Shown piece by piece: positions 37,303 through 50,672 of a stretch of 64,000 nt of DNA. The notes beneath the pieces are model-generated. The model searched no databases, was not told the origin of the DNA, and was given only the letters and a program-made list of their open reading frames with translations. Within the stretch, counting starts at the first letter, position 1. Every line of letters starts with the position of its first letter. The position numbers were made by a program, and so were the translations under genes. Origin of the DNA: Ranitomeya imitator (lineage: Eukaryota); the NCBI RefSeq assembly GCF_032444005.1, contig NC_091289.1, forward strand, positions 53,692,001-53,756,000, in the 5' to 3' direction.

Positions 37303-38549
37303 TCTACTATATAATTGTCTAAGGGTCACTTCCGTCTTTCTGTCCCTCTGTCTTTCTGTCTGTCACGGATATTCATTGGTCGCGGCCTCTGTCTGTCATG
37401 GAATCCAAGTCGCTGATTGGTCTCGCCAGCTACCTGTCATGGCTGCCGCGACCAATCAGCGACGGCCACAGTCCGATTAGTCCCTCCCCTACTCCCCTGC
37501 AGCCACAGTGCCCGCTCCATACTCCCCGTAGTCAGTGTCCCCGGTGCCAGCTCCATACTCCCCGCAGTCAGTGTCCCCGGCGCCCGCTCCATACTCCCCA
37601 CAGTCAGCGCCCGCTCCATACTCCCCGCTCCATACTCCCCTCCAGTCACTGCTCACACAGGGTTAATGCCAGTGGTAACGGACCGCGTTTTGCCGCGGGT
37701 AACGTACTCCATAACCGCTGCTATTAACCCTGTGTGACCAAGTTTTTACTATTAATGCTGCCTATGCAGCGTCAATAGTAAAAAGATCTAATGTTACAAA
37801 TAATAAAAAAACAAAAAACCTGCTATTCTCACCTTCCGTCGTCGGAATATACGCTCGCGCCGGCTGTCATCTTCCATTCCCAGAGATGCATTGCGAACTT
37901 ACCCAGAAGACTTAGCGGTCTCGCGAGACCGCTAGGTCATCTGGCTAATTTCGCAATGCATCCTGGGAACGGAAGATGGCGGCCACATCACACAGCTTCG
38001 CTGGATCCCAGGGGTGAGTATATAACTATTTTTTATTTTAATTATTCTTTTTTAACAGGGATATGGTGCACACACTGCTAAATACTGCGTGGGCAGTGTT
38101 ATATACCTACGTGTCTGGGCAATATACTACGTGGCTGGGCAATATACTACGTGGCTTTTGCAATATACTACGTCGCTGGGCAATATACTACGTGACTGGG
38201 CAATATACTACATGGCTCTGTGCTGAATACTACGTCGCTGGGCAATATACTACGTGGCTGGGGAATATACTACGTGGCTGGGCAATATACTACATAACTG
38301 GGCAATATACTACGTGGCTGGGCAATATACTACGTGGCTGGGCAATATACTACGTGGCTGTGCAATATACTACGTGACTGGGCAATATACTACGTGGGCT
38401 ATGCAATATACTACGTGACTGGGAAATATACTACGTGACTGGGCAATATACTACGTGGGCTGTGCAATATACTACGTGGCTGGGCAATATACTACGTGGA
38501 CATGCATATTCTAGAATACCCGATGCATTAGAATCGGGCCACCATCTAG
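37303..38549 (+). mobile_element. Non-autonomous Helitron 1 carrying 36-bp and 20-bp minisatellites
   Basis: A|TC 5' end, 3' hairpin CCCGAT-gcattaga-ATCGGG followed by CCACCATCTAG|T; removing it restores the Tc1 sequence GGATTA|TATTTATCATC. Confidence 0.85.
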
Positions 38550-38929
38550 TATTTATCATCATTAGGCATTTAGGACAACATTGGATCATTCAGAGATCCA
38601 CAATGATCTTCTGGAGTGAGTTTGCTGCACTGAAAGTAAAGGGGCCGAATAGTATTGCACACCCCACTTTTCAGTTTTTGAATTTCCACAAAAATTTTAA
38701 ATAACCAATAAATTTTGTTCAACTTCACAATAGTGTTCCACTTGTTGTTGATTCTTCACCAAAAAATTACATTTGGTATCTTTATGTTTGAAGCATGATA
38801 TGTGAGAAAAGGTTGAAAAGTTCTAGAGGCACTGTATATAAATCTGGTATTGCTATAATCGTACCGAGCCGATAAACAAATTGGTATTATCACTTTTATC
38901 GCACGGTGAACCCCACAAAAAAGAATAAT

Positions 38930-39406
38930 ATACAGTCATGTGGTTTAAGGGGAAATGTGTAAGTGTAAATGTTTTGGAGTGGCCTAGTCAAAGCCTAGAA
39001 CTTAATGCAACTGAAAATCTGTGGTCAGACTTGAAGATCACTGTTCACCAGAGGAAACCATCTAACATGAAGGAGCTAGAGCAGTTTTGCCTTGATGAAT
39101 GGCTAAAAATCCCAGTGGAAAGCTCATAATTATCCAAAGCGACTTGCAGCTGTAATTGTTGCAAAAGGAGGCTCTATAAAGTACTGACTTTAGGGGGGTG
39201 AGTAGTTATACACATTGACGTTTTCAGTTATTTTATCTTATTTGTTGTTTGCTTCATAATAAAAAGAAAAACAAATGTTCTTGGTTGTAGGCTTGTTCTA
39301 TACATGAACTGATGCAAACCCTCAAAAAAATCTGTGAAATTCCAGGTTGTGAGATAGCAAAACACAATAAATGCTATGGGGGGTGAATTATTTCGCAAGC
39401 CACTGT
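38930..39406 (+). mobile_element. Tc1 3' fragment
   Basis: [32 protein letters not shown]; terminal CACTG. Confidence 0.75.
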
Positions 39407-39774
39407 TCTTCCCTTGAAGGGAAAGACTATGCAGATCCGCGGGTTGAGAATAAAACTCTTGAAAATTGGACTGTAGTAGTGAATAGGGCTGTGGTGAAGT
39501 AGATAGGGACGTTAAAGATAGAGGACAAGTGAGTAAAGAGGAAATAATTGAAAATGTGTGTGGAAAATGCTCCGTATTGTAAAGGAAACATTCATCAAGT
39601 TGTGTGCCCGATATCTACTGTTTATAATTCCCCCCCAAGTTATCATTTAGTAAAAAGTTTATTTTTGACTGGTGGTGTTTCTCATTGAACTGTCAAACAC
39701 CTGGTCCTGTCCAACCAATCTTATCGGATTTATGAAGCCTACAAGGGTGTAGCCCCCCCACAGCGCAAGCCCAC

Positions 39775-40185
39775 ACACCCAGTCAGGACCAATTGGAATG
39801 CACTACCCAGGTTAATACGATTAATCCCCAATCCCCCCAATTTTAAGCGTGCCCTAAAAACGCATTTGTTCAGACTGGCCTATTGTGTCAATGCATTAAC
39901 CTAATTATCTCTGTGTTGCCTATTCAAATTTTTTTTACCATAACCAGGTTCCTCGCATCATGTTTTCATGTATTAATTTAATAGCCCTCTGTGTCTGTAC
40001 TGTTACATACTTAGGCCGATAACTGGTTCATGCAGCATTACATGAATACCCGTTTCTTACACTATGGCTGGTCCGAACCACGAAAGCAAGTGTTACCATC
40101 CACCTTTCGAGTCTCCCCTTTTTCCTCATAGATTGTAAGCTTGCGAGCAGGGCCCTCATTCCTTTTGGTATCTGTTTTGATCTAT
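39775..40185 (+). mobile_element. L2 LINE 3' end
   Basis: FKRALKTHLFRLAY at 39842 and the L2-type 3' UTR motif TAGATTGTAAGCTTGCGAGCAGGGCCCTC. Confidence 0.7.
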
Positions 40186-42977
40186 GTCAGGACCCCCACC
40201 TTTATGTTACATTCCGTGGTACAAGAGACAAGTACCTCACCCAGAGCTGCCGCCACATTACACTTAGTCAGCAGGATTGATCCTTGCAGCTAGACGAGCA
40301 GAGTGATGTGGGGAAGACTCGAGTTATATGGAGGATGGCGACTATTACGCGGTCTAAGAGTGCACCTAACAAACTTTGTAATGGGGGTTAGTGGTGCAGA
40401 TAAATGAGAAGGTCCTGCACATTGTGGGTGTAGAAGGCACAAAAAGGTGTGAAGAGCTGTTCAGCCCTCCAGAAGTTCCGCCTACCGAAGGGAGTGTTGG
40501 GACTGGAAGTGCCAGCCTACAGCGAGGAGTGGCCGGTAAAATGAAGGCAAAGGAAATGGCCCACCCAGTAAGGTGCAACTCAGGAAAACGGGTGCAGGAG
40601 ATAAAACGGGATGGTGAGCCGAAAAGAACCCCATTGAGGGGAAACGATGAATGGTGTCTAGCGCCAAGAGAGTCGGCGCCATTTATTGGTTGGAGTTAGT
40701 TGTTGAGAATACATTGCGCTACAGTGAAGGAGACAGTAGTAAAAATTGAAACGCTGTGTGGAAAATGCTCTGTATTGTAAAGGAAAATTAATAAAATTGT
40801 GTGCCCACTATCTAATGTACCGCCCCGTGCCATGTTACAAGAGGATTACTGTCCTCTCCCTACCAAACCTATTTGACATAAGGTTCCCGTCCACATTAGA
40901 TGAATGGGAATCTGCCCTTGTAGGTCAGATTTCAGGAGAGCTTTAGCAAGCCATTTTTTATCTTTAATTATTTGCGCACTACTAGATTTAATCAAAAGAT
41001 AACAACCTATTCATACACATTGGCTTTTCTTTTCATTCCCTACTTAATATTCTACCTGAATGGTGAGTAACGTTTTACAGATTGAATAGCTTACAGCTTG
41101 TAGATGAGGGCAGACCAATTAGTCAGTAGCAATGTGCCGTCCCAGGCTACATTACCAAACTTGAGCTAGCCTCTGTGAGTGACCCTGTTAGAAGAAGCTG
41201 AGCTACCAGTAAGGAGAAAAGTCGCTCTCTATACTGCGTAAAATTCTTGGGAAAGAGTACAGGCCTGTAGTGGTGTCGATGTGGCAGTAAAATAGAACTA
41301 CGTAGGAAGGCAAGAGAGAAGCTGACACCTGAGGAGACAGTCATGTCTAGTCAGAAGAGTGGAGAGTGTCCGCTGCCTGAAGGAGATGAAGAGCGAAAGG
41401 CTAAGGAAGCAGAGTTGTGTCGCAGGACAGCTCATCGGCGATGATTGAGTACTTCAGGAACGAAGGCCTGAGGTGAAAATGTGAGAGGGATAAATAATAA
41501 AACCGTCCTGTGAGTGGGCCTAATTAGGAAGAGGTCCAGTACTGAAATAAGGCCAGAGAAGGAAAGCCTCGGTGACTGAGTTTAAAGACTGAAAATAAGT
41601 TGCTGCCGAAACGTTTAAAGGGACCGTTCCTCACAATACAAAGTAATTTTGCCCCTGTAAAAGTGAAGATGTGGTGTCTGTGCTTCCATGCCACTGCTGA
41701 GATCCCAAATAATAGAGCTCTTTCTTAAAGGGTGCCATTCTCCATTCAGTGGCTACCTTCCAAACTAGCTTTTTGATAAAATTGTCCCCAATATTATGTG
41801 GTGTGGCTGAGATAAGAAAATTGGATTGTTAACCTAACTTGGTACAGGATGTATGTATGTGATGAAAACTTTGGTGTACCCAAGTAGAATATGATGCTGG
41901 ATTTTTAGGTTTGTATTTTAATGAGGATTCTCTGACACACTAATACATACAATGGAGGTGCACTTTGAAGGGGTCCTACTCAGTCATTCAATTAAACCCT
42001 AATTAATGGAACTTAGCACAAAACCTTGCAGAATGCAATTTAGAATTGTAAGGGGTAATTTAGGCCTTACATGGTGGTATTTGGCTCTGAGATGGAGATA
42101 TGTGGGTGCTTCACAGAGGTACTTCTTTGCTACTCTATTCTTAAGGGGCTGAACATTGGTATTTTTTTGGCAGTTCTGGGTGGTAAATGTGGGGAGGTAA
42201 TATAAGTGGTAGGTGATGTGTGCAGTATTTAGGTCCGTATTCATCTGGGCTTTATCAGAACTGTATCTAGGTTTAGTTTGCGGCTCTAAGCCTATCTAAG
42301 TAATGTGTTTATTCCCAGCATCCCACTATTTCCCTTCACTGACATGAAGGGTTGATGATTACTAAAAAAAAAAAAAAAGACAGGACAAATTCTCACAATC
42401 AGCAAAACGGAAAAATAGGTTTCCTAAAAGTTTCCCGTGACTTTCACTCATTAAACAAAAGTCCTGACAATGGCAGGAAAGAATGTGAACCCTCCATATC
42501 CTTCTTACTTCCTCCCGTTCATGCGTTAGTAAAACAAAGTTGTTCAATCGTCCTGTTCTTATGTGAGAAAGTAGAGAAGAGAATCCTCATCCGACAAGCT
42601 GCGGAGCTCACCGGGAGATATTCTGCGCAGTATTGGTAAGATGCCTCAAAATATGATAATATTATATGTTCATGCATGTGAAGAAGCCTGGGCGAATTCG
42701 GATTTGACATTGGAGGGGGTTAGACATATTAAACAGCACAGAGGACAGGCTGCTGAAAGCAGGAGGCTTCCATTTCTCTGTGTGGCTGCAGTACTTTGCA
42801 CCATTAGGGCTCACGTACACATACATTATGGCTTCATACTAGTACCAAATATTACGGAGCTTTCATATGTGTATAATTACATTATCTAGAGACTTTCATA
42901 TCACTTTGTGTTTTTATTAGGTTTATGTAGAGGTAAATTTACCCCTGTATGAAAAAATAGTTTGCTAAACTTTACAG

Positions 42978-44108
42978 CAGGCGTCTCAAACTCGGCTCGG
43001 TTACGGTAAATGGCCTGCCTATAAAAATTTTGGGGGCCACATTCTTTGCAGGACAAAGTAACATTTTTAGTGATATAATTTTTTTTTCTGTACACCTTCT
43101 TGATCATTTTCTTTACCATTTTTGCCGAGCTTATTTAATTTTTTTAAAATGGCGTTCGTTATGGTTATGGTAGTTTTATAGCTTGGGTCGTTATGGATGT
43201 GGCGATGACAAACGTGCACTTTTTGTTTTGTTTACTTTAGTTTATATATAAAACAGCATTTTTAGTGGCAAAATAATTTTTAATGCTTTATTTTGAATTT
43301 TATTTTTTACATTTTTACAATTTTGTTTCCCCCAATTGGCTACATACAGTAGCATTGTCTTACAATTAGCACCATAGAGCAATTCTGGCAAACATCTTGT
43401 AGTAATGTGCCCCATCCTGGACCCTTCTTGTAATAATCTGCCCATCTTGATCCCCATCTTGTAGTAATGCCTCATACTGGTTCCCTTCTTGTAGTAATGT
43501 CCCATCCTGCTTCCCATCTTGTAGTAATGTGCCCCATCCTAGTACTCATCTTGTAGTAATGCCCCATCTCTGTCCCCTTCATGTAAAAATGTGCCCATCC
43601 TTGTCTTCATCTTGTAGTAGTGCCCCATTCTGATCCCCATCTTGTAGTAATGTCCCCTTATTGTGGCGTTATTCACATAAACATAAAAAAATTCTACTCA
43701 CCTGTCCTCCTTTCCGCACATGAGGCCCACAGGCACTGAAGACAACTTGACGATTGCAGCCCAGTCCAGAGGCCGCCTGTGTCAGCGCTGTGTCCATGGA
43801 AATGTATTGCTGTGCAGAGTCCAGCTCGCTGCACGGCAATACTGAGGCCAGCAGCTGACATCGGGATGCCCGGCATGGCAGTAACATCATAAGCCGGCAC
43901 GCCAATGTCAGCTGCTGGCCGGCGCCTGACATTGGTATTGCTGTGCACAGAGTTTGTCCAAGAAGGCACATTCAACTGAAATAAAGCGCTGCCATCTGTG
44001 ACCCCTGAACCGGGCTATGATTGTCAAAGGGTCTAAAGTGCCTGCGGGCCACATGAAGCAGCCTAAGGGGCCGCATGCAACCTGAGGGCCACGTGTTTGA
44101 GACTCCTG
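42978..44108. mobile_element. hAT-type non-autonomous element with an internal ~30-bp minisatellite (43390-43655)
   Basis: TIRs CAGGCGTCTCAAAC / GTTTGAGACTCCTG and a perfect 8-bp TSD CTTTACAG. Confidence 0.9.
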
Positions 44109-45069
44109 CTTTACAGGATGTCAAAAGACTTTGATCCATGTATATAGTTCTGTACTGGAAGGATTGCTGATAATCCGATTTAAAAAAATACTAATAAACT
44201 TTATATGTATACATATATACCTGTAAATGCTTTTGGTGTGTTTTTGAAAAGATAGCAATATACTAATCATAGCGCAGTTCATTTTTGGATTCTAGAAAGT
44301 GCTGAGAGGAAATGCTGAAGAAAACGTATCATTCATAAAATGAGAGGTCTCCAATATTAAGGTTGTATAAAATGTGAATATATGAGAGCGCACTGACCGA
44401 AGGTGACCCTGCCATTCATCATTGCTTATATTGGCTGAATGGAAAGAAGGGTCATACAGAAATTTAAAGGGGTTATCCAGGACTATTTTATGCTTTTACT
44501 ATGGGCCTTAGAACTATCAGGCAGGTAGTTCCTGACTACCCGACGCAGACTCAGAGTGGTCACATACCACTCCTGCCAGCAATTCTACTGCTTCGTATTA
44601 ACAGAGCAGCTCGTCCTCTTCAGGGTTGCTCTGTTGACATTCAGCAGAATCAGCATGACATCAACAGTCACTCGCCGTCAACAGATCAGAGTGGACGAGA
44701 AGCCGCTGCTCTGTGGACATGATGTCAGTCGAAGCCACAGAATCACCATTAGTAGCGGTCTCTGCCAGCAGACATTAGTGGCGGGCAGAACAGTTTTTAG
44801 GTCCAGAGTAAAAAAATAAAATATACCTCAATGTATGTAAGTGCAGAGCAGGAGAGGGTCCCGATTGTTCAGCCACATCTTCATGGGAAGCTATATAGAT
44901 AAATGCCTAGCTCAGAAACAAGGGCCATGCCTCAGTTTCTACAAAGTACAAGAAGCTACAGCAAAACCAAAGAAATGAGTCGGAGCATAATATATAACAC
45001 GCGGTTTCTCCACAAATTCAACAAGAAATGACACTTTAAATCATTACTCCCTCATAAAATCGCACATTT

Positions 45070-45830
45070 TGCAAAATTTGGTGTTGTCTCAAATATTCAT
45101 TGGCTTCATCAGTTGAGCTTGAGATAAAAGACATCAAATAACTTGGACTGGCTTAGGGTTTGTTGACTGGAATGTTTGACTGTATGTTAGAAATATGGCC
45201 AAGTCAAGAGAGTAGTTAAAAAAGTTAAGAAAAGAGATCACTGCCTTGCACAAACAAGGAAAAGATATAAATGCATTGAATGTTCCTAGACATACAGAAG
45301 GAAGCATCATTCACAAGTTCAGAGTTACAGGAACACAGGTTATGCTCACTGGACAATGCGGAAAGATGAACCTAGCACCAGCTGCCACCAGTTTCCTTAG
45401 GAGGCAGGTGGTGAAGAACTCTAGGATGGTGTAACGGTCACAATTGCCTGACATGCACTATTCAGAAAATCTTTGGTGGAATTTGAAGAAGGAGGTTGCA
45501 ACAAACCTAAGAATATTAGTGACCTGGAGGCCATTGTTGAGGAGGAATGGGCTGAGATTCCTTAGGAACACTTCCAGAAGTTGGTGTCTGACTATACATC
45601 ATGTTTACAACAGGTCAGAGTAACCAAAAGGGCTCTACTAGCTACTAAAAATGCTTGGGTTGAATCATTTTGAGACTGCAGTAGTCATTAAAAGTGGCAT
45701 TTTGTGTTGAATTTGGAGAAACCACTTGCCGGTTGTGTTGAGCTATTTAAATTGTGTTTTGTTTTATTGCAAACAGCAGAATATTGGTCAACTTTGCTAA
45801 AAAAAAATAATAATTTGCTGTGTGATAATT
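45070..45830 (+). mobile_element. Degenerate, internally deleted Tc1
   Basis: MAKSRE...EITALHKQGK...SIIHKF..TGT from 45195, then ENLWWNLKK...KPKNISDLEA...EEW..IP; the catalytic core is missing. Confidence 0.65.
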
Positions 45831-45962
45831 TAATGATTTTGATTGCAAATGTAAAATATTAGTTCCAGTGAAGTAGAAGGTTGAAAAGATTTTAAAAAAG
45901 AAGTTTAGTAATCAATCGTCATGTTTAATCGATTTCTGTTTTGTCTGTACAGGTAATTAACT

Positions 45963-46392
45963 ATGGATTGGCCAGCTCTGATGCTTCTAGGATTGTTTGC
46001 AAATACCTGGGTTTCAGCAGAACAATTTACTCCCTGCCCTGAAAAGTGTACCTGTCTTACTGCTGAGCACCACGTCAAATGCACTTACGGCAATCTCACA
46101 ACTATACCACCCGACGTATCCAACAGCACAATAGAGCTTCACATGGATTACAACAACTTAACGTTCCTTCAGCAGAGTTTTCACCAGGATCTGCCAGAGA
46201 TGAGAGCCCTCTTTTTAAGAAATTGTAATATCCAAACCATCAAGCCAGATACATTCCAGAAAGTGACTGGCATACAACACCTGTATTTAGACGCCAATGA
46301 GATCCAGGAATTGGAGAATGGCACCTTTGAAGATCTGAGCAATTTGCTTTATTTGTATCTACAGAAGAATAAAATCGTCCATCTGCAGCCAG
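45963..46392 (+). CDS. LRR-FN3 gene, coding exon 1: signal peptide, LRRNT and LRR1-4
   Basis: Acceptor TGTACAG ends at 45952; MDWPALMLLGLF...PCPEKCTC...HVKC; 24-aa LRRs; phase-1 GT donor at 46393. Confidence 0.92.
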
Positions 46393-46811
46393 GTACTGTA
46401 GACATATCCATCTACCAAATACTGCATCCTATCCTTATGTGTCTTTGTAAGCAGCTCTGAGGGACATGACCTGATCATGGTCAGGCGTTTGTGACCCTTT
46501 TCGGTGATTGTAAAAAAAGAAACAAAAAAAAAAACTTGAATTCAATATATTTTTACGAACAATTCTTTGCTTTGTCATAAATTTTTGACATGTTTTTCTA
46601 GCGTGCTTTCTTTTTTTATTATATCAAAGTCCATAGCAAAAAGTGGAAAAGAACACCATGTTAAATATTTCGAATTAAAAAAAAATAGGAAAACAATAAA
46701 AAAAAACAATCAAAGAAGTGAAGAGGTGGCACACTGCTTTCCGGTAAAAAAAAACAAACTTGTTTATACAATACATCAAGATTAAAATTGTGGAGGCGGG
46801 GGAGTCAGTTC

Positions 46812-46865
46812 TGTGGTGGACGACGGCCGTTTCGCGTGCTTCTTACGCTTCAACGGGTCCCCACA
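46812..46865 (-). ncRNA. Minimal type I hammerhead-ribozyme-like motif with a variant core (CCGUUGA)
   Basis: The - strand reads TGTGG-GGAC-CCGTTGA-A-GCGT-aagaagc-ACGC-GAAA-CGGCCG-TC-GTCC-A-CCACA. All three stems are intact and stem III is the palindrome ACGGCCGT. Confidence 0.65.
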
Positions 46866-47990
46866 CCAAAACAAAAAGTTCAATGCCATCAATGCATTGC
46901 TAATGTCTGACTACAATATATATTTTTTTCAAAAATGCTCATTGAAAAAAACAACAACCTGTGACATTTTTTGTTAAAAATGCTGTGTGTGAATGCACAT
47001 TTAAAGAGACACAGGCTACTATTCATCAAGACTGCTAGTTTTTTTGGCAGTTTTAATAAGTGGAAGAGGTGCCAACTTCACTAAGAGGCTGGCGAGCATT
47101 GCTCATAATAAATGGGCCCCCCCCCCGTCTCTCCAGGGCCCCGGCATTTGCCCGGGTGCTGACGCCAGCCCTGGCTCATATAATTTATGTGACTTTTGTA
47201 GACTATTGTCAGGTGGTCTTCACTGTGCTTTGTCCTACCTTCAAGCATTTTAGTGGCATTTGCCAGGAATAGACTAAATGTGCCAAAAAGCACAATTTCG
47301 AATTTTGCACAAAAATTGTGTTTTACTCCATAATTTTGTCTCCCTGATGAATCCAGGGCCTCAGTCCAGACTAAAATAGAAAGTTTTTCAGCCCATCTCA
47401 CGTTGCAGTCAAGGGGCACTATTATGATCTGGCTATAAAATAAAGAAATGCTAAGTCAGTATGGGGTACACCTACTGCGTATAGTCACATAAAGACCCTG
47501 ATTCCAGTGATGTGTCACGTGCTCGGCTGCTTGCTTTGATTTTGATACAATCACAGTTTTCTCTGTTGCAGATATATCAGTGTTCAGAATGCTGAGCCCA
47601 GAATAACCCCACCCACTCTTCTGATTGGCTACTTTCTCTGTGCCATGTGCAAAAGCAAAAAGTTGCCAAACAGTGGTGGGAACGGAGGTTACATAGAAGA
47701 GGGGAACCTGTAATGATAATCTCCTTCTGACAAAACACTGATTTTATTGAAACAGCAGCACACAGCCCAGTGACACATTTCTGGAATCAGAGTCTTAGAC
47801 CCTACATCATGCTGCTCTCAGATTACCGTACGTAGCAAAAATCTGCTGACAGATTCCCTTTAATGATCCATGTTAAAAATAACTCACAACAATAAAAAAA
47901 TAAAGAATATTCTAATGGACAAAGAAATTACTTCTTTTAGCTAGTTTGTCCATCAGATTGTCAAGTTTTTATATTACGTCTTAACATATT

Positions 47991-48022
<32 letters not shown>

Positions 48023-48471
48023 TAGTAATAAGAATGTAAAATAATTTTAAGAATATGGTGATGACAAGAGCCAGGCAATCTTTATTTGGATATATACACA
48101 GTTAAACAGATTTTCAACCTACATGTAGTTTTTTTCTCAGCCACGTGCATGAGGAGAACTTTGACAAGGGGGAATTGGCAAGAATGGTTATGGACAAACA
48201 CTCTCATGATATTCAAATAACCTTTGCATCTTCTTTTCATGATCGTGGCGGAATTTTTATATTATTTCCATACTACCAAGGACCAGTAAAATACATTTTA
48301 TTATTTGTTCCCCTGTCCATAACAAACAATTATTTTGATATAATTGGACACAGTTTTTCTTCTTTTTACGAGGGCAGGGCTAGTATTAGCGATTTGGAAT
48401 GGAAGTGGGGTTTTTATGGTTTAGAGCTGTTTTTTTTAAGTCTTTCATATCCAGCGAAGAGTTTGACTGAA

Positions 48472-49857
48472 TCTATATATATAATTGTCTAAGGGGTACT
48501 TCTGTCTGTTTTTCCGTCTGTAACGGAAATCGCAACAAATCAGTGACCGGCTTCAGGGCCGTATTTAAGAGTTTCTGCTGCGGTCGGTCGGGAGGTGACC
48601 CAGGACTTAAATAAATAATAAATAAAAAAAACCTTGCTCAGGTGCTGCCCCCCGCATCGTCCCGCCCTAGGCACGTGCCCTCAAGTGCCTAGTGGCAAAT
48701 ATGGACCTGACTGGCTTAGTCCGGCCGCGAATTGGCCCCATCCTACTCCCCCCCAGTCAGTGCCAATGCCTATGCAGCATCAATAGTAAAAAGATATGTT
48801 AAAAATAATAATTAAAAAATGGTGCTATTCTCACCTTTTGCCGTCCACCGATGCGCACGATGCTGCCGCCAGCTTCCGTTCCCAGAGATGCATTGCGAAA
48901 TTACCCAGATGACTTAGCGGTCTGGGAACTGAAGCTGCCGGCTGCATCGCGCGCATCGGGACAGCTTCAGTGGACGCCGGAGGGTGAGTATATAGCTATT
49001 TTTTTTTTGTTAACAGGGTGGTGCCCACACTGCTATATACTACGTGGACTGTGTTATATACTGCGTGGGCTGTGTTATATTCTATGTGGCTGTGCTATAT
49101 ACTGCGTGGGCTGGGTTATATACTGCGTGGACTGTGCTATATACTGTGTGGGCTGTGCTATATATTACGTGGGCTGTGTTATATACTACATGGTCTTTGC
49201 TATATATTACGTGGGCTGTGTTACTGTATATACTACGTGGGCTGTTATGTACTACATGGGCTGTGCTATATATATTACGTGGCTGCTATATACTACGTGG
49301 GCTGTGTTATATACTATGTGGGCTGTGTTATATACTACGTGGGCTGTGTTATATACTATGTGGCTGCTACATACTACGTGGGCAGTGTTATATACTGTGT
49401 GGGCTGTGTTATATGCTACGTGGGCTGTGTTATATACTGCGTGGCTGCTACATACTACGTGGGCTGTGTTATATACTGCGTGGGCTGTTCTATACTATGT
49501 GGGCTGTGCTATAACTACGTGGCTGTGCTATATACTACGTGGGCTGTGCTATATACTATGTGGCTGCTATATACTACGTGGCTATGCTATATATTAGTGG
49601 CTGTGCTACATACTACGTGGCTGTCTTTGTTATATACTACGTGGCTGTGTTATATAGTACGTGGCTGTGCTATATACTATGTGGCTGCTATATACCATGT
49701 GGCTATGCTATATATTAGTGGCTGTGTTATATACTACGTGGCTGTGCTATATACTACGTGGCTGTGCTATATACTACGTGGCTGTGCTAAGCGCGACGTA
49801 CATACATACATACATATTCTAGAATACCCGATGCGTTAGAATCGGGCCACCATCTAG
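48472..49857 (+). mobile_element. Non-autonomous Helitron 2 (same family as Helitron 1) with a ~0.75-kb 19-22-bp minisatellite
   Basis: A|TCTATATATATAATTGTCTAAGG 5' end; 3' hairpin CCCGAT-gcgttaga-ATCGGG plus CCACCATCTAG. The 3' flank is A rather than the canonical T. Confidence 0.8.
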
Positions 49858-50070
49858 AAGTCACATATTATCGCTCATGGAGCCCGATTAAACAAGCAAC
49901 TATTTGCAGAATTTTGATGCAAAACTATTTGAAATGCCAGCCTTGATGAATTGGGCCATGGTTTGGAAATAGGATGGTTATCCAAATATTTTTTGCCATG
50001 TAGTGTCTCTAATAAATGTTTGATGATCCCAATCCATGATAATGACGCCATATGCATTTCTTTCTTGCAG

Positions 50071-50672
50071 ATATATTTTCACCACTGAAAAATCTTATTG
50101 CGCTCTACTTGACGGACAATTTACTGGCAGAAATATCTGATGGGTCCTTAAATGGTCTGACCCAATTACGTTGGCTTGATTTAGGGTTTAATATGATCTC
50201 TAACATATCTAAGGAAGCTTTCAAAGCCTCAGTTTATCTTCGAAAACTGGATCTGCAAAACAACCTCCTCACCAGTGTCCCTCCCTTTAAATCTATAATC
50301 AGTCTTCAGGTTCTGCGCCTGAGTGGAAACCGAATCCGAAAACTGTCATCTACTTCCTTTAGTAGAAACCTTAAATCTGTGAGCGAACTGTATGTTGACA
50401 ACATGGGACTCAAAAGAGTGTCAAGCTTAGCCCTTAGGAGACTGCGCAGACTTGATGTGCTTGACTTACGGAACAACAGCTTGACATCTCTCTCTGTATC
50501 TAAACTTAAGAGCTCCACAACCATCTACCTTACTGGCAACCCTTGGAAATGTGACTGCTCCATTGCTGAACTCTACATTCGATTACTAATGGGTAAAAAA
50601 AATGATCCCGAGCAGGAGGTACAGTGCAAAAGCCCCAAAGGTTTGGAGGACAGAAGCTTGACTACAATTAAT
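50071..50672 (+). CDS. LRR-FN3 gene, coding exon 2: LRR5-10 and most of the LRRCT
   Basis: Polypyrimidine-GCAG acceptor ends at 50070; G+AT gives D-IFSPLKNL in frame; GNPWKCDC...VQCKSP; GTAAGT donor at 50673 (phase 0). Confidence 0.92.

Larger units (their letters stand above)
36136..38834 (-). mobile_element. Tc1 element split by a Helitron; outer part of the left TIR missing
   Basis: Inverted repeats AAAACTGAAAAGTGGGG...TTCGGCCCCTTT (about 36157-36190) versus AAAGGGGCCGAA...CCCCACTTTTCAGTTTT (about 38638-38680); right end CACTG|TA. Confidence 0.85.

Noticed and set aside
40330-41620. Possible degenerate L2 reverse-transcriptase fragments on the - strand
   Set aside because: Only faint resemblance (YRPV); no RT motif could be read confidently.
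48851-49839. 248-aa and 273-aa Tyr/Cys/Trp-rich ORFs
   Set aside because: Helitron minisatellite translated in three frames (the same applies to 38063-38704).
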